Source of the DNA: Promethearchaeota archaeon
GTDB lineage: Archaea > Asgardarchaeota > Lokiarchaeia > Sigyniarchaeales > SOKP01
DNA length: 32,000 bases
Direction of reading: 5' to 3'
Assembly (NCBI GenBank): GCA_030606485.1
Contig: JAUWGH010000001.1
Location: 180,001-212,000, forward strand
Below, in pieces: positions 16,888-25,458 of the stretch. Made by a program: the position numbers and the translations under genes. The notes below the pieces were generated by a model. The model did not search any database, was not told the origin of the DNA, and worked only from the letters and a program-made list of their open reading frames with translations. Every line of letters starts with the position of its first letter. Position 1 is the stretch's first letter.

Positions 16888-17994
16888 TATATTATAAGCT
16901 CCATTTACATCCGCATTGATAATTGTCCCATCAGAAGCTCTAAACAAACCTCTGGATATTCTTTTACCTAAATATCTTTTATGCTTTTTTATCGGTTCAT
17001 TATCCAGGAAACTACATTTAGAAGTATATGGTTCGCCTGTAATTTTAAAAATAATTCCTTTTAATTTTGCTTTATACTTTAATTGTTTTAGTAACTTACA
17101 GAATGGAATTTGAACGAACTTCTGGTTATTTCTTTTTCCAATATTGATATTTTGTTTCCATCCATTATTATGCCCAATTCCGATTGAACCAATATCATTT
17201 TTAATGCAATAATCAATCAGATTCTTGGAAATTCTATGAAACAAGGTATTTATTTTATTATTACGTTTTAAATGTAACTTTTGTATTCTTTTAGTATCCC
17301 CGAAATTGCCTTTCTTATTTTCAATACTTCTATAATACGCTAATTGCTTATTATAATATTGATTTACGGATTTTACAACCCCACCCTTAATAATAATTGG
17401 CTTTACTCCAATATTATTTACAGCGGTTATGAGATTATTTAATCCTAAATCAATAGATAATTTCTTATCTTTATCCAGTCCTAAGTCTTGCTCTTTTTTC
17501 TCATAAATTATTTCTACAACATAACAAACTCCTTTAGGAATTAGCCTTACTTCTTTTAATTTTTCTTTAATTCTCGTCTTTATAGGGTTGAGATTAGACT
17601 TTTCAGGAAAATATAGATAACCATTCTTTATTCTGCATTGTTGGTTTGTAAAAATTACAATACATTCTCCATTCTTAGACTTATATTTTGGAGGTTTGGG
17701 CTTCCGTTTATACTTCTTATAATTCACTTTGTAATCTTTATTAGATCTAAAAAACGATTTCCAATTTCTACTCACCAATTTAAGTATTTGCTGAGAACTC
17801 TGAGATGGTAATTCTTTATATGTATTTTGATGCTTAAGAATGAAGTCTAAATCGTAATAAGAAAGAATATTTTCTAATTTGAAGAAATCTTGTCTGAAAT
17901 ACCAATTAGCTAAATTATAGAGATTCTTGGATTTATGGCACAATTTAGATAATTCCACCGATAGTCTTACCTGTATTTGTTCGGTTAATCTCAT
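16786..17994 (-). CDS. tnpB: RNA-guided endonuclease TnpB family protein, rearranged RuvC-II type
   Basis: KNLYNLANW...RQ N-terminus, SIDLG (RuvC-I), EPYTSKCSFLD, INADVNGAYNI (RuvC-III). Intact 402-aa ORF. Confidence 0.95.
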   Translation of the reverse strand: MRLTEQIQVRLSVELSKLCHKSKNLYNLANWYFRQDFFKLENILSYYDLDFILKHQNTYKELPSQSSQQILKLVSRNWKSFFRSNKDYKVNYKKYKRKPKPPKYKSKNGECIVIFTNQQCRIKNGYLYFPEKSNLNPIKTRIKEKLKEVRLIPKGVCYVVEIIYEKKEQDLGLDKDKKLSIDLGLNNLITAVNNIGVKPIIIKGGVVKSVNQYYNKQLAYYRSIENKKGNFGDTKRIQKLHLKRNNKINTLFHRISKNLIDYCIKNDIGSIGIGHNNGWKQNINIGKRNNQKFVQIPFCKLLKQLKYKAKLKGIIFKITGEPYTSKCSFLDNEPIKKHKRYLGKRISRGLFRASDGTIINADVNGAYNIMKKAFPNSISVDGIEVLGLIPQIINQNIVDNII

Positions 17995-18304
17995 TTTTCT
18001 CTATAAAGTTGATCTAGATATTCTTAATATTTTTAAAACTTCATTCGTCTTCATTAATATTATTAGATGAATATAATTTTTATAGGAGACACAGTCCTTC
18101 AATTTAGTAATTTTTTACATATAATTATTAGAAACTCTAAAATATTATCAAATAATAGAAAAATTTATGAGATTTGTTATTCTTACTAACTATATAAGGT
18201 TTTTAAAAACTACTTAAAATTAAATAAAAAGAAAACTACGATAAATTCATATACTTAATAAATTAATTACATACAATAAAAAAAATAAATCACGTGAAAA
18301 CAAT

Positions 18305-18835
18305 TTGAGTGAAGAGGAAAAATCTTATGTCTTTAAAATCGTGGTTGTAGGGGATGGCGCAGTGGGGAAAACCTCCTTAATTAAGCAATATACTGAAGGG
18401 AGTTTCGTCAAAGACTATATTAAAACAATTGGGGCTCAGTTCTCGAAATATATTGAGGAAATTGAAGATGCACGAGTAAAACTCTTTTTTTGGGATATTG
18501 CCGGGCAATCTGAGTTTTCCTTTATGCGTCCGACGTTTTATAAAGGAGCGCGAGCAGTCATTTTAGTTTTTTCATTAATAGATGAGCAGAGTTTTAATAA
18601 TATAAAAACCTGGCATGAAGATATTAAAAAATTTTGTGGAAATATCCCAATAGTGATTTTTGGCAATAAAGTTGATCTAGTAAATGAAAATGAATTAGGT
18701 GATTCCAAAATCAATGCATTGAAAGATGAGATTGGTTTTATTAAATATTACAAAACTTCTGCCATGACAGGTAAGAACGTGTATGATGCTTTCAGATGCA
18801 TCATAAAAGAATTATACGATTCCGTAAAAGAATAA
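18305..18835 (+). CDS. Rab/Ras-like small GTPase
   Basis: G1 GDGAVGKT, G2 TIG, G3 WDIAGQ, G4 NKVD, G5 TSA. No C-terminal prenylation Cys. TTG start. Confidence 0.95.
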   Translation: MSEEEKSYVFKIVVVGDGAVGKTSLIKQYTEGSFVKDYIKTIGAQFSKYIEEIEDARVKLFFWDIAGQSEFSFMRPTFYKGARAVILVFSLIDEQSFNNIKTWHEDIKKFCGNIPIVIFGNKVDLVNENELGDSKINALKDEIGFIKYYKTSAMTGKNVYDAFRCIIKELYDSVKE

Positions 18836-18878
18836 GCAGATTCATCAATTGAAATAAATAAAATTATTTTTAAATGAA

Positions 18879-19178
18879 ATGACTTCTACCATTAGGAAGG
18901 AAAATAAAACCCCAGAAATTCTATTCTTTTCCTCAAATTATTGTGAACCTTGTAAAGAAGTTGAAAAATTAATACATAAAATTAATCTATCGATGTTTGG
19001 AAAAAAATTAAAGATTCAGAAAATCAGCATTGATACAAAAAATCCGATACTAAAGAAATATAAAATTACAAGTGTGCCATCTTTAGTAATCGCAGGAAAA
19101 AAATTAAATAGGAACGTAGATATGGATGATATTATTGACGCAATATTACAGGGGTTTATCTCTTCAGTAGATATTTGA
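18879..19178 (+). CDS. Thioredoxin-fold protein (CEPC)
   Basis: FFSSNYCEPC active-site pattern and the SVPS cis-Pro loop. Confidence 0.85.
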   Translation: MTSTIRKENKTPEILFFSSNYCEPCKEVEKLIHKINLSMFGKKLKIQKISIDTKNPILKKYKITSVPSLVIAGKKLNRNVDMDDIIDAILQGFISSVDI

Positions 19179-19234
19179 TTAAGAATTTATTAAATTAAAA
19201 TGTTAAAAATAAAAAAAAATAAGGAAAATTTATC

Positions 19235-19729
19235 ATGAATCGTTTTCTATTAAATAATTTATTAAAGAAGATGAAATCTAATCTTCTTGAAGGAAAAAGT
19301 ATTGGGAATTTGAAAATAGGTGCCTTACTAGCTCTGGGTAGTCAATTGGAGGCTGTTTTTTATTATTTAGGTCATGAATTGGGTCTATTATTTGATGTTC
19401 CTAAAATCTCTGATCTTACTAAAATTCCTGAAGAACTAGTTAAAATAGTTAAAAAATACAATTTAGGTGAAATTGATATAACTGGACACTCACAAGAGCA
19501 GATTTCACAGGAGCATTTATCTGTTAAATTAAGAAATTGTCTTACTTGTAAAGATTTGTTATCTTCAAAAATATCTGCAGAGGGAACATTTTGTAGTTTT
19601 GAAGCAGGATTATTAGCTGCTTTAGTTGAAAAAATGAGTGATCTTCAATGTTTTGCTCAAGAAGAGAAGTGTAGTCTGCAAACCGACCAATCATATTGTG
19701 AATTTATCATTATATATCAAAAGGATTAG
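19235..19729 (+). CDS. V4R domain protein
   Basis: YYLGHELG helix, NCLTC, FCSFEAGLL, EEKC and YCEF (C/E/C/C Zn-ligand pattern of V4R). Confidence 0.88.
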   Translation: MNRFLLNNLLKKMKSNLLEGKSIGNLKIGALLALGSQLEAVFYYLGHELGLLFDVPKISDLTKIPEELVKIVKKYNLGEIDITGHSQEQISQEHLSVKLRNCLTCKDLLSSKISAEGTFCSFEAGLLAALVEKMSDLQCFAQEEKCSLQTDQSYCEFIIIYQKD

Positions 19730-19918
19730 ATTATTTATATTTACAAAAGTAAGCACTATAATCATCCATATTACAATAAGAATATTAACTAAAAGAAATT
19801 TAAAGAATTAATTGATTAAAAATAAAAAATTATTATATAGAATTTTATATACTTTTTATACATAAATTTTATTTAATTATAATTTCATAGGTAAATAGAA
19901 TAGAGGCAAATTAAGAAT

Positions 19919-20419
19919 ATGAGCGATATTATTCTCAAGATCTGTCTATTGGGAGAAGCAAAAGTAGGAAAAACCACATTAGTATATAGATATATCGAAA
20001 ATAAATTTCGGACTGATTTTAGAAGTACATTAGGTGTAAATTTATTAAAAAAGACAGTGAAGATCGGGGATTCAACTATTGCGACTCAAATATGGGATCT
20101 AGGTGGTCAAGAACCATTTAAAAAACTTAGAAAACTTTATTTGGAAGGAGCAGAAGGTGCTTTATTACTTTTTGATGTAACAAATCAACAATCATTTATT
20201 AAATTAGAAGAATGGATTTCAAGTTTTAGAGAAGTTCACGGGAATAAACCAGTAGTCTTAATAGGAAATAAAATTGACCTTAAAGAAAATATTATAATTG
20301 ATCAAAGTCAAGCTGAGAGGTATGCAAGTGAAAACAATATGAGTCTTGTACTAACTAGTGCAAAAACTGGGGAAAATGTTGAAAAAGCATTTGTTGATTT
20401 ATTAAAACGCATTATTTAA
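19919..20419 (+). CDS. Rab/Ras-like small GTPase
   Basis: G1 GEAKVGKT, G2 TLG, G3 WDLGGQ, G4 NKID, G5 TSAK. No prenylation motif. Confidence 0.95.
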   Translation: MSDIILKICLLGEAKVGKTTLVYRYIENKFRTDFRSTLGVNLLKKTVKIGDSTIATQIWDLGGQEPFKKLRKLYLEGAEGALLLFDVTNQQSFIKLEEWISSFREVHGNKPVVLIGNKIDLKENIIIDQSQAERYASENNMSLVLTSAKTGENVEKAFVDLLKRII

Positions 20420-20463
20420 AATTAAATAGTATTATTTATTTGGACTTTACTTTTTTCAGAGAG

Positions 20464-20511
20464 CTCCCATAAAAAGGGAATAAATAAAAAATTTTTAAAA
20501 TTTAATGGGAG
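20464..20511. other. Inverted repeat between convergent GTPase and tbp genes
   Basis: CTCCCAT (20464-20470) and ATGGGAG (20505-20511) flank an A/T-rich spacer. Function unknown. Confidence 0.3.
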
Positions 20512-20512
20512 T

Positions 20513-21199
20513 TTAGAGAAAGGAAATATCTTCATAATCAATTGAGTCCAAATTTTTCTTGGCAATACCTAATTCACGAACCTCTTTATTCAATTTGAGA
20601 ACTGCCTCTCTAACTATGCTCTTTTCTTTAGCACCGGTGCAGACAATTCTCCCAGTTGAGAAAATCAGAAAAACAGTTTTGGGATCTTGCATTCGGTAAA
20701 TAAGTCCGGGAAAGACTTCAGGCTCATACATTGCATATTCCATCACAATTGCTGCCATATTTAAATCTATATTTGTATGAAGATCACCACTCGCCACGAT
20801 ATTTTGAATGGTTACTACAGGATTTTTTACATCAATTCCAGCTTTTTTAATATTTTTAATTACTTTTTGAACAACCTTACCAGATTCAGATGCTTTTCTA
20901 AGACCTGTAACTACCATTTTACCGGTTGAAAAGATTAAAATTGTGGCACGTGGTTTTTCTATTCTCATTACCAGACCTGGAAACCGTTCAGGATTGTATT
21001 CCACATCAGGTAGTTTTCTCGCAATCAGATTTAGATCAACCTTCTCCGTGATTTCTACTACTACTGTGCCTACAACATTCTCAATTTTATAATCCAAGTT
21101 CGCTTCGTAATCATAATCTTCCCATTCATCTTCTTCCTCCCCTTCTTTTAAATCCTTATCTTCATTAAGCTCTTCTTCACTCATGGTTTTTATACTCAA
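20513..21199 (-). CDS. tbp: TATA-box-binding protein
   Basis: Two TBP repeats (IENVVGT...YNPERFPGLVMR...IFSTGKMVVTG; IQNIVAS...YEPEVFPGLIYR...IFSTGRIVCTG). Likely ATG at 21184. Confidence 0.98.
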   Translation of the reverse strand: MSIKTMSEEELNEDKDLKEGEEEDEWEDYDYEANLDYKIENVVGTVVVEITEKVDLNLIARKLPDVEYNPERFPGLVMRIEKPRATILIFSTGKMVVTGLRKASESGKVVQKVIKNIKKAGIDVKNPVVTIQNIVASGDLHTNIDLNMAAIVMEYAMYEPEVFPGLIYRMQDPKTVFLIFSTGRIVCTGAKEKSIVREAVLKLNKEVRELGIAKKNLDSIDYEDISFL

Positions 21200-21383
21200 A
21201 TAATAACTATAAAATGATGAATCAATAAACTATATTAATTTAAAGATGATTTTATTGCAATATTCTTAAGATAGACTAAATAAAATAATGAAATTTTTTA
21301 TCCTATTTAAATATATATTTAAAATAAAAATTCATTTAAAAATAAATGCTTATGATATCAATTTTATTTGGTTTTGTTAAAAG

Positions 21384-21689
21384 TTATAATAAACTAAACT
21401 TGATGCTATGAATTATTTTCTGAAAATCTCGCAAGAGTTTTTCATTCATTATCCCTTCATTCATATTATTTAAATAAATCAAAATTATTTTTCCCGTCTC
21501 TATATCTTTAAATCCACTAATTCGGAAATGATCAAAATTTTTGCTGCAAGAAATATATAGTGAATCGGGTTGCTCATCGTAATGTAAATGTGATGAACAG
21601 TGAATACAACGATTTTTTGCAATATGATTAAAGATATTTTTAATTTTTAAATCTGAGATATTTTCATTAACCTCTAATTCCATGAACAT
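21384..21689 (-). CDS. Hypothetical protein with possible zinc ribbon
   Basis: RCIHC...SCSKNFDH. Fills the gap between tbp and acyP on the same strand. Confidence 0.6.
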   Translation of the reverse strand: MFMELEVNENISDLKIKNIFNHIAKNRCIHCSSHLHYDEQPDSLYISCSKNFDHFRISGFKDIETGKIILIYLNNMNEGIMNEKLLRDFQKIIHSIKFSLL

Positions 21690-21729
21690 ATCTTAGACGA
21701 GTTGATAAAAAAATATTATAATATATCAG

Positions 21730-21757
21730 TATTATCGAGATACAGTTCTCAATAATA
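21730..21757 (-). terminator. 11-bp stem-loop downstream of acyP (terminator or operator)
   Basis: TATTATCGAGA-tacagt-TCTCAATAATA. The single mismatch becomes G.U on the - strand. U-tract at 21706-21712. Confidence 0.4.
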
Positions 21758-21768
21758 TCAGAGGTAAA

Positions 21769-22050
21769 TTAATAAAAAGTTATTTTGAAATTGGAATAAT
21801 TTTCAATCCTATCACTATATTTAATATCAATTTTATCAACCTTACCCCATTTTGGTCCTACTTTAGCAAATTTAATTAATTCATTCAATTTTTCTAAGGA
21901 ACCTTCTGCTTCAATTAAAACAGTACCATCCAGCATATTTTTGGCGTATCCAGTTAAATTAAGTTTTTTTGCGACTCTTCTGGTTGTATCTCTGAAAAAG
22001 ACTCCTTGAACTCTTCCATATACTTGAATTTTAACATGCTTAATTTCCAA
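21769..22050 (-). CDS. acyP: Acylphosphatase
   Basis: GRVQGVFFR signature, GYAKN, V.IEAEG. GGAGG upstream of the TTG start. Confidence 0.95.
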   Translation of the reverse strand: MEIKHVKIQVYGRVQGVFFRDTTRRVAKKLNLTGYAKNMLDGTVLIEAEGSLEKLNELIKFAKVGPKWGKVDKIDIKYSDRIENYSNFKITFY

Positions 22051-22169
22051 TGCTTAATTTCCTCCAATTATAGCTATTAAAAAATATTCTTAAAATGTTT
22101 TATTCTTTAATTAATATATCATTAATATATAATTTATGTTCTAAATTTTAGAAGATATAATTTACTGGT

Positions 22170-23309
22170 TTGGTTAAAATGAATCTTACAAAAGAAGAAC
22201 AGAAAGAAGTAATTAAGGTAATGAAGTCTCAAATGCTGACTTTATTAGCTGGGGACGTAGTAGCGAAATTTGAGAAAGAATTTGCTAAGTATATTGGGGT
22301 TAAACATGCGATTGCAGTTAATTCTGGTACTGCCGCTTTACATATTGCGATTGCCTCATTGGATATAGGTCCAGGTGATGAAGTTATTGTTCCACCGTTT
22401 ACTTTCATCGCTACTGCAAGTTCAGTTATACACAATAACGCAATCCCGATTTTTGCTGATATTGATAATAAATCATATACACTTGATCCAGAATCAGTTA
22501 AAGAAAAAATAACTGATAAGACAAAGGCAATAATGCCCGTTCATTTAGCTGGAATAACTGCAGACATGGGATCATTATTGGATATTGCTAAAGATAATAA
22601 TATATATATTATTGAGGATGCATGTCAATCTCATGGTGCGAAATACAGGGGTAAAAAAGTAGGTTCTATTGGTGATTTAGGGACTTTTTCATTCTACCCT
22701 TCAAAAAATATGACTACCGGAGAGGGTGGGTTAATCACGACGAATGATGATAATTTAGCAGAACAATGTAGATTAATAAGACATCATGGGGAACCTTCTT
22801 GGTATGTATATAATAGGTTAGGATGGAATTATCGAATGACTGAAATTCAAGGAGCTATCGGAAGAGTACAGTTAAAAAAATTAGATGAGTTTGTAAAAAT
22901 TAGAAATGGCAATGCAAATTATTTAACTGAAGCTGTCAATGAGATCGAGGGCATTGATCCCCCTTTTATTCCAGAATATTGCAAGCCAGCTTTTAATTAC
23001 TGGATTGGTCGAATTCACCCTGAAATTATTGGTTTAAATAAGCCACAATTTTTAGAAAAATTTCCAAGTGGAAAGGTTTTATATCCCAAACCCTTATATA
23101 AAACAAAATTATTTCAGGAAAAGGTTGGCTATCCTAAAGGATGTCCGTGGTCTTGTCCATTTTACGGAAAAGAAATTGACTATACAAAAATAAAGTTACC
23201 TGTCGTTGAAAAAATATCAGTTGAAATTTTCGCATTAGACATTCATCCAGAAATAACAAAGGAAAATTTAGATGAAAATATAAAAATTTTGAAAACAATT
23301 ACCGGGTGA
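22170..23309 (+). CDS. DegT/DnrJ/EryC1/StrS PLP-dependent sugar aminotransferase
   Basis: NSGTAAL, PPFTFIAT, IEDACQSHG and SFYPSKNMTTGEGG (PLP Lys). ATG at 22179 is an alternative start. Confidence 0.95.
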   Translation: MVKMNLTKEEQKEVIKVMKSQMLTLLAGDVVAKFEKEFAKYIGVKHAIAVNSGTAALHIAIASLDIGPGDEVIVPPFTFIATASSVIHNNAIPIFADIDNKSYTLDPESVKEKITDKTKAIMPVHLAGITADMGSLLDIAKDNNIYIIEDACQSHGAKYRGKKVGSIGDLGTFSFYPSKNMTTGEGGLITTNDDNLAEQCRLIRHHGEPSWYVYNRLGWNYRMTEIQGAIGRVQLKKLDEFVKIRNGNANYLTEAVNEIEGIDPPFIPEYCKPAFNYWIGRIHPEIIGLNKPQFLEKFPSGKVLYPKPLYKTKLFQEKVGYPKGCPWSCPFYGKEIDYTKIKLPVVEKISVEIFALDIHPEITKENLDENIKILKTITG

Positions 23310-23387
23310 TGTATTCTGGAACAAAAACTTGCTTTTCAGCATAAAATTAAAAGATTTATTGAAATCAGTCTTGGGGTATGTGGGATT

Positions 23388-23897
23388 ATGTTATTTATCT
23401 GGCTAATTTCATTGGAACCCCTAATTCACATTACTTTTGTCTCTCATTTTATCTATATATGTGCTCTAGTTAATATGATGATTTTTGATTTTAAAAACAA
23501 ACATCTTAATTGTCTTATTATCTCATCTATGCCATTTAATATTATTATTCTAGTGGGTTTTCAGATAGCAGATATTTATTATTCCCTAACAGTTCTGGGA
23601 TATTATATCCTCGAGCATGCAATTCGTAATTTTATCCTCCATGGGATTCCCTTTATTCTTAGTTATTATATAATTCGTATTAAAGAAGGAGAAATTTTCA
23701 ATTGGGAGATCTATAAAAATATTTTAATTGTTTTTATCTTGTGGTGTTATTTTTTGGATTATAGATACACTGATCCCGTTTATTCATTTATTTATATGTG
23801 GTTTCTATTTGGAAGTTTAATTTGGGATACAACCTTTGTATATTTCTTCTTAAAATCAAGAGAGAAAAAAACATTAAGAATTCAAAATAATATATAG
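23388..23897 (+). CDS. Polytopic membrane protein, unknown function (true start probably upstream)
   Basis: Five to six hydrophobic segments and an LHGIP motif. The frame is open back to 23310. Confidence 0.7.
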   Translation: MLFIWLISLEPLIHITFVSHFIYICALVNMMIFDFKNKHLNCLIISSMPFNIIILVGFQIADIYYSLTVLGYYILEHAIRNFILHGIPFILSYYIIRIKEGEIFNWEIYKNILIVFILWCYFLDYRYTDPVYSFIYMWFLFGSLIWDTTFVYFFLKSREKKTLRIQNNI

Positions 23898-23951
23898 TAT
23901 ATCATATTTTATTATTAATTGTAAGATTTTATCTTTAACTCATAATCTAAG

Positions 23952-25388
23952 TTGGAAATAAAAATGGCGGATGTAGAAAAGATATTTAACAAAGCAAATA
24001 ATTTTTTTGCGGAAGGGCAGATTATTAAAGGACTCTCTTTGCTTTTAGATTTATTTAACCGTGAAATTACTTTTAAAAGTCATGGTTCCCAAATTATGAA
24101 TAAGCTTATTGATGAGGGAAAGAAGGATCCAGTAGTCACTTTTCCTTATATTGCAAAATATTATAAATCTGAAAAGAATTCAAATGCTAAGAAGAGAATT
24201 CTTTCTTTATTTAATACTTTTATTCAAGAAAAAATAAATCTTAAAAAAGAAGTTGATGAGTCTAATCCTTGGTATTCAATTATTCAAACATTAAAAAAAT
24301 CTAAAGACCAAGATATTTTAAAATTTGCTATAAAACTGGTATCTATTTACTTTAATAATAATAAAGAGGATTTTATAAAAAATTATTCTTGGATTGCAGA
24401 GGTCCTTGGAAATAAAACGATATTCAATTCGGAATATGATAATCAAGCGGAAATTTATAGCTTATTTGAAAATTTAGTTGATTCAGAGCCAAAATTTATT
24501 GATGTTATCCTTCCAACAATAAAGAAAATGTTTAAAAGTGAGAGAATTGCATCAAGAATTGAGGCAATAAAGGCAATTGGGTGTTTAAGCTTATATGATC
24601 TTTCCAAATTCGAAGAATTTCACACTCGAATTCAAAAGCTAATTTCAATAAAAAATATACAATTTAGAAGTTTTGTTATTCAGGCACTAGGTAGATTCGG
24701 ATTTTCTGATTTTAATATATTCAAAGCCTTACTCATGAATATAATAAGAGTCTCTTTTTATCCTGATTTAATACCAGGATTAGCAAAAGTGTCATCACTA
24801 CTTATTCAGGATCACTCAGATGACATCTTGAATGAAATTAAAGTGCAATATAATGAGAAAAAATTAAAAGAAGGATTAATAAGCCTGATCCAAGAATTAA
24901 TCAAAACCTCAGCTAATAAAGTAGATGAAAAATTTATCGATTCTTTAATTGAAATAGAAAAAAATAAAAAAATAATTCAAAAACTTGGAGATATCAAAAG
25001 CTCAATTAAAACTTATCAAAATTCCTATAGAATATGTCCAATTTGTTTTACAAACAATAAATTAACTTCAAAATTCTGTGCAAAGGATGGATTCAAATTA
25101 GTTCCAAAGGATGTAAAAATTCTTGAAGAAATAGAGGAAGAAGTAGAAAAGGAAAAAGAAGTTAAAGAAGAGGAAGAAATAAAGAAAGAGAAAGTAAAAG
25201 AGGAAGTAGAAGAGATAGAAGCAGAAAAGAAAGAAGAAATAAAAGAAAAGGTTGAAATTGAGGAGAAAGAAGTAGAAAAGGAAGAAGAAAAAGATGTGAA
25301 GGAGGAAGAGGTAAAAGAAGAAAAAGAAGTCAAAGAAGAGGAAGAAGTAAAGGAGGAAGAAGAGAAAGAAAAAGAGGAAAAAAAGTAA
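23952..25388 (+). CDS. HEAT/ARM-repeat protein with zinc ribbon and Glu/Lys-rich tail
   Basis: HEAT-like helices (SRIEAIKAIGCL, FRSFVIQALGRF), CPIC...CAKD and a ~85-aa E/K tail. ATG at 23964 is an alternative start. Confidence 0.75.
   Translation: MEIKMADVEKIFNKANNFFAEGQIIKGLSLLLDLFNREITFKSHGSQIMNKLIDEGKKDPVVTFPYIAKYYKSEKNSNAKKRILSLFNTFIQEKINLKKEVDESNPWYSIIQTLKKSKDQDILKFAIKLVSIYFNNNKEDFIKNYSWIAEVLGNKTIFNSEYDNQAEIYSLFENLVDSEPKFIDVILPTIKKMFKSERIASRIEAIKAIGCLSLYDLSKFEEFHTRIQKLISIKNIQFRSFVIQALGRFGFSDFNIFKALLMNIIRVSFYPDLIPGLAKVSSLLIQDHSDDILNEIKVQYNEKKLKEGLISLIQELIKTSANKVDEKFIDSLIEIEKNKKIIQKLGDIKSSIKTYQNSYRICPICFTNNKLTSKFCAKDGFKLVPKDVKILEEIEEEVEKEKEVKEEEEIKKEKVKEEVEEIEAEKKEEIKEKVEIEEKEVEKEEEKDVKEEEVKEEKEVKEEEEVKEEEEKEKEEKK
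25125..25385 (+). repeat. Low-complexity Glu/Lys-coding purine-rich tract
   Basis: Degenerate GAA/GAG/AAA/GTA codons encoding EEVKEEE-type units. Confidence 0.85.
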
Positions 25389-25458
25389 GTAACAAAAGAT
25401 TTTAGAGAATAAATTCTATTATAATAAAGATTAAATCATTTTCATGTGACATTACTTA

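Larger units (their letters stand above)
16749..18152 (-). mobile_element. TnpB-only insertion element (IS1341-like; no tnpA in the window)
   Basis: Contains tnpB. The right end is inferred from where identity to the 7770 copy stops. The left end is only tentative, from shared short motifs at 18132-18152. Confidence 0.65.

Noticed and set aside
18043-18072. ATTCGTCT...AGATGAAT imperfect inverted repeat as the left-end hairpin of the TnpB element
   Set aside because: It is weak, has a long loop and has no counterpart in the mini-element, so it cannot define the end.
23388-23897. AIG1/FAR-17a-like hydrolase call for the membrane protein
   Set aside because: It rests only on an H-x-x-P motif and one upstream Thr, which is insufficient without a profile search.
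25025-25333. Ser/Phe-rich - strand ORF
   Set aside because: It is the reverse complement of the Glu/Lys low-complexity tract.
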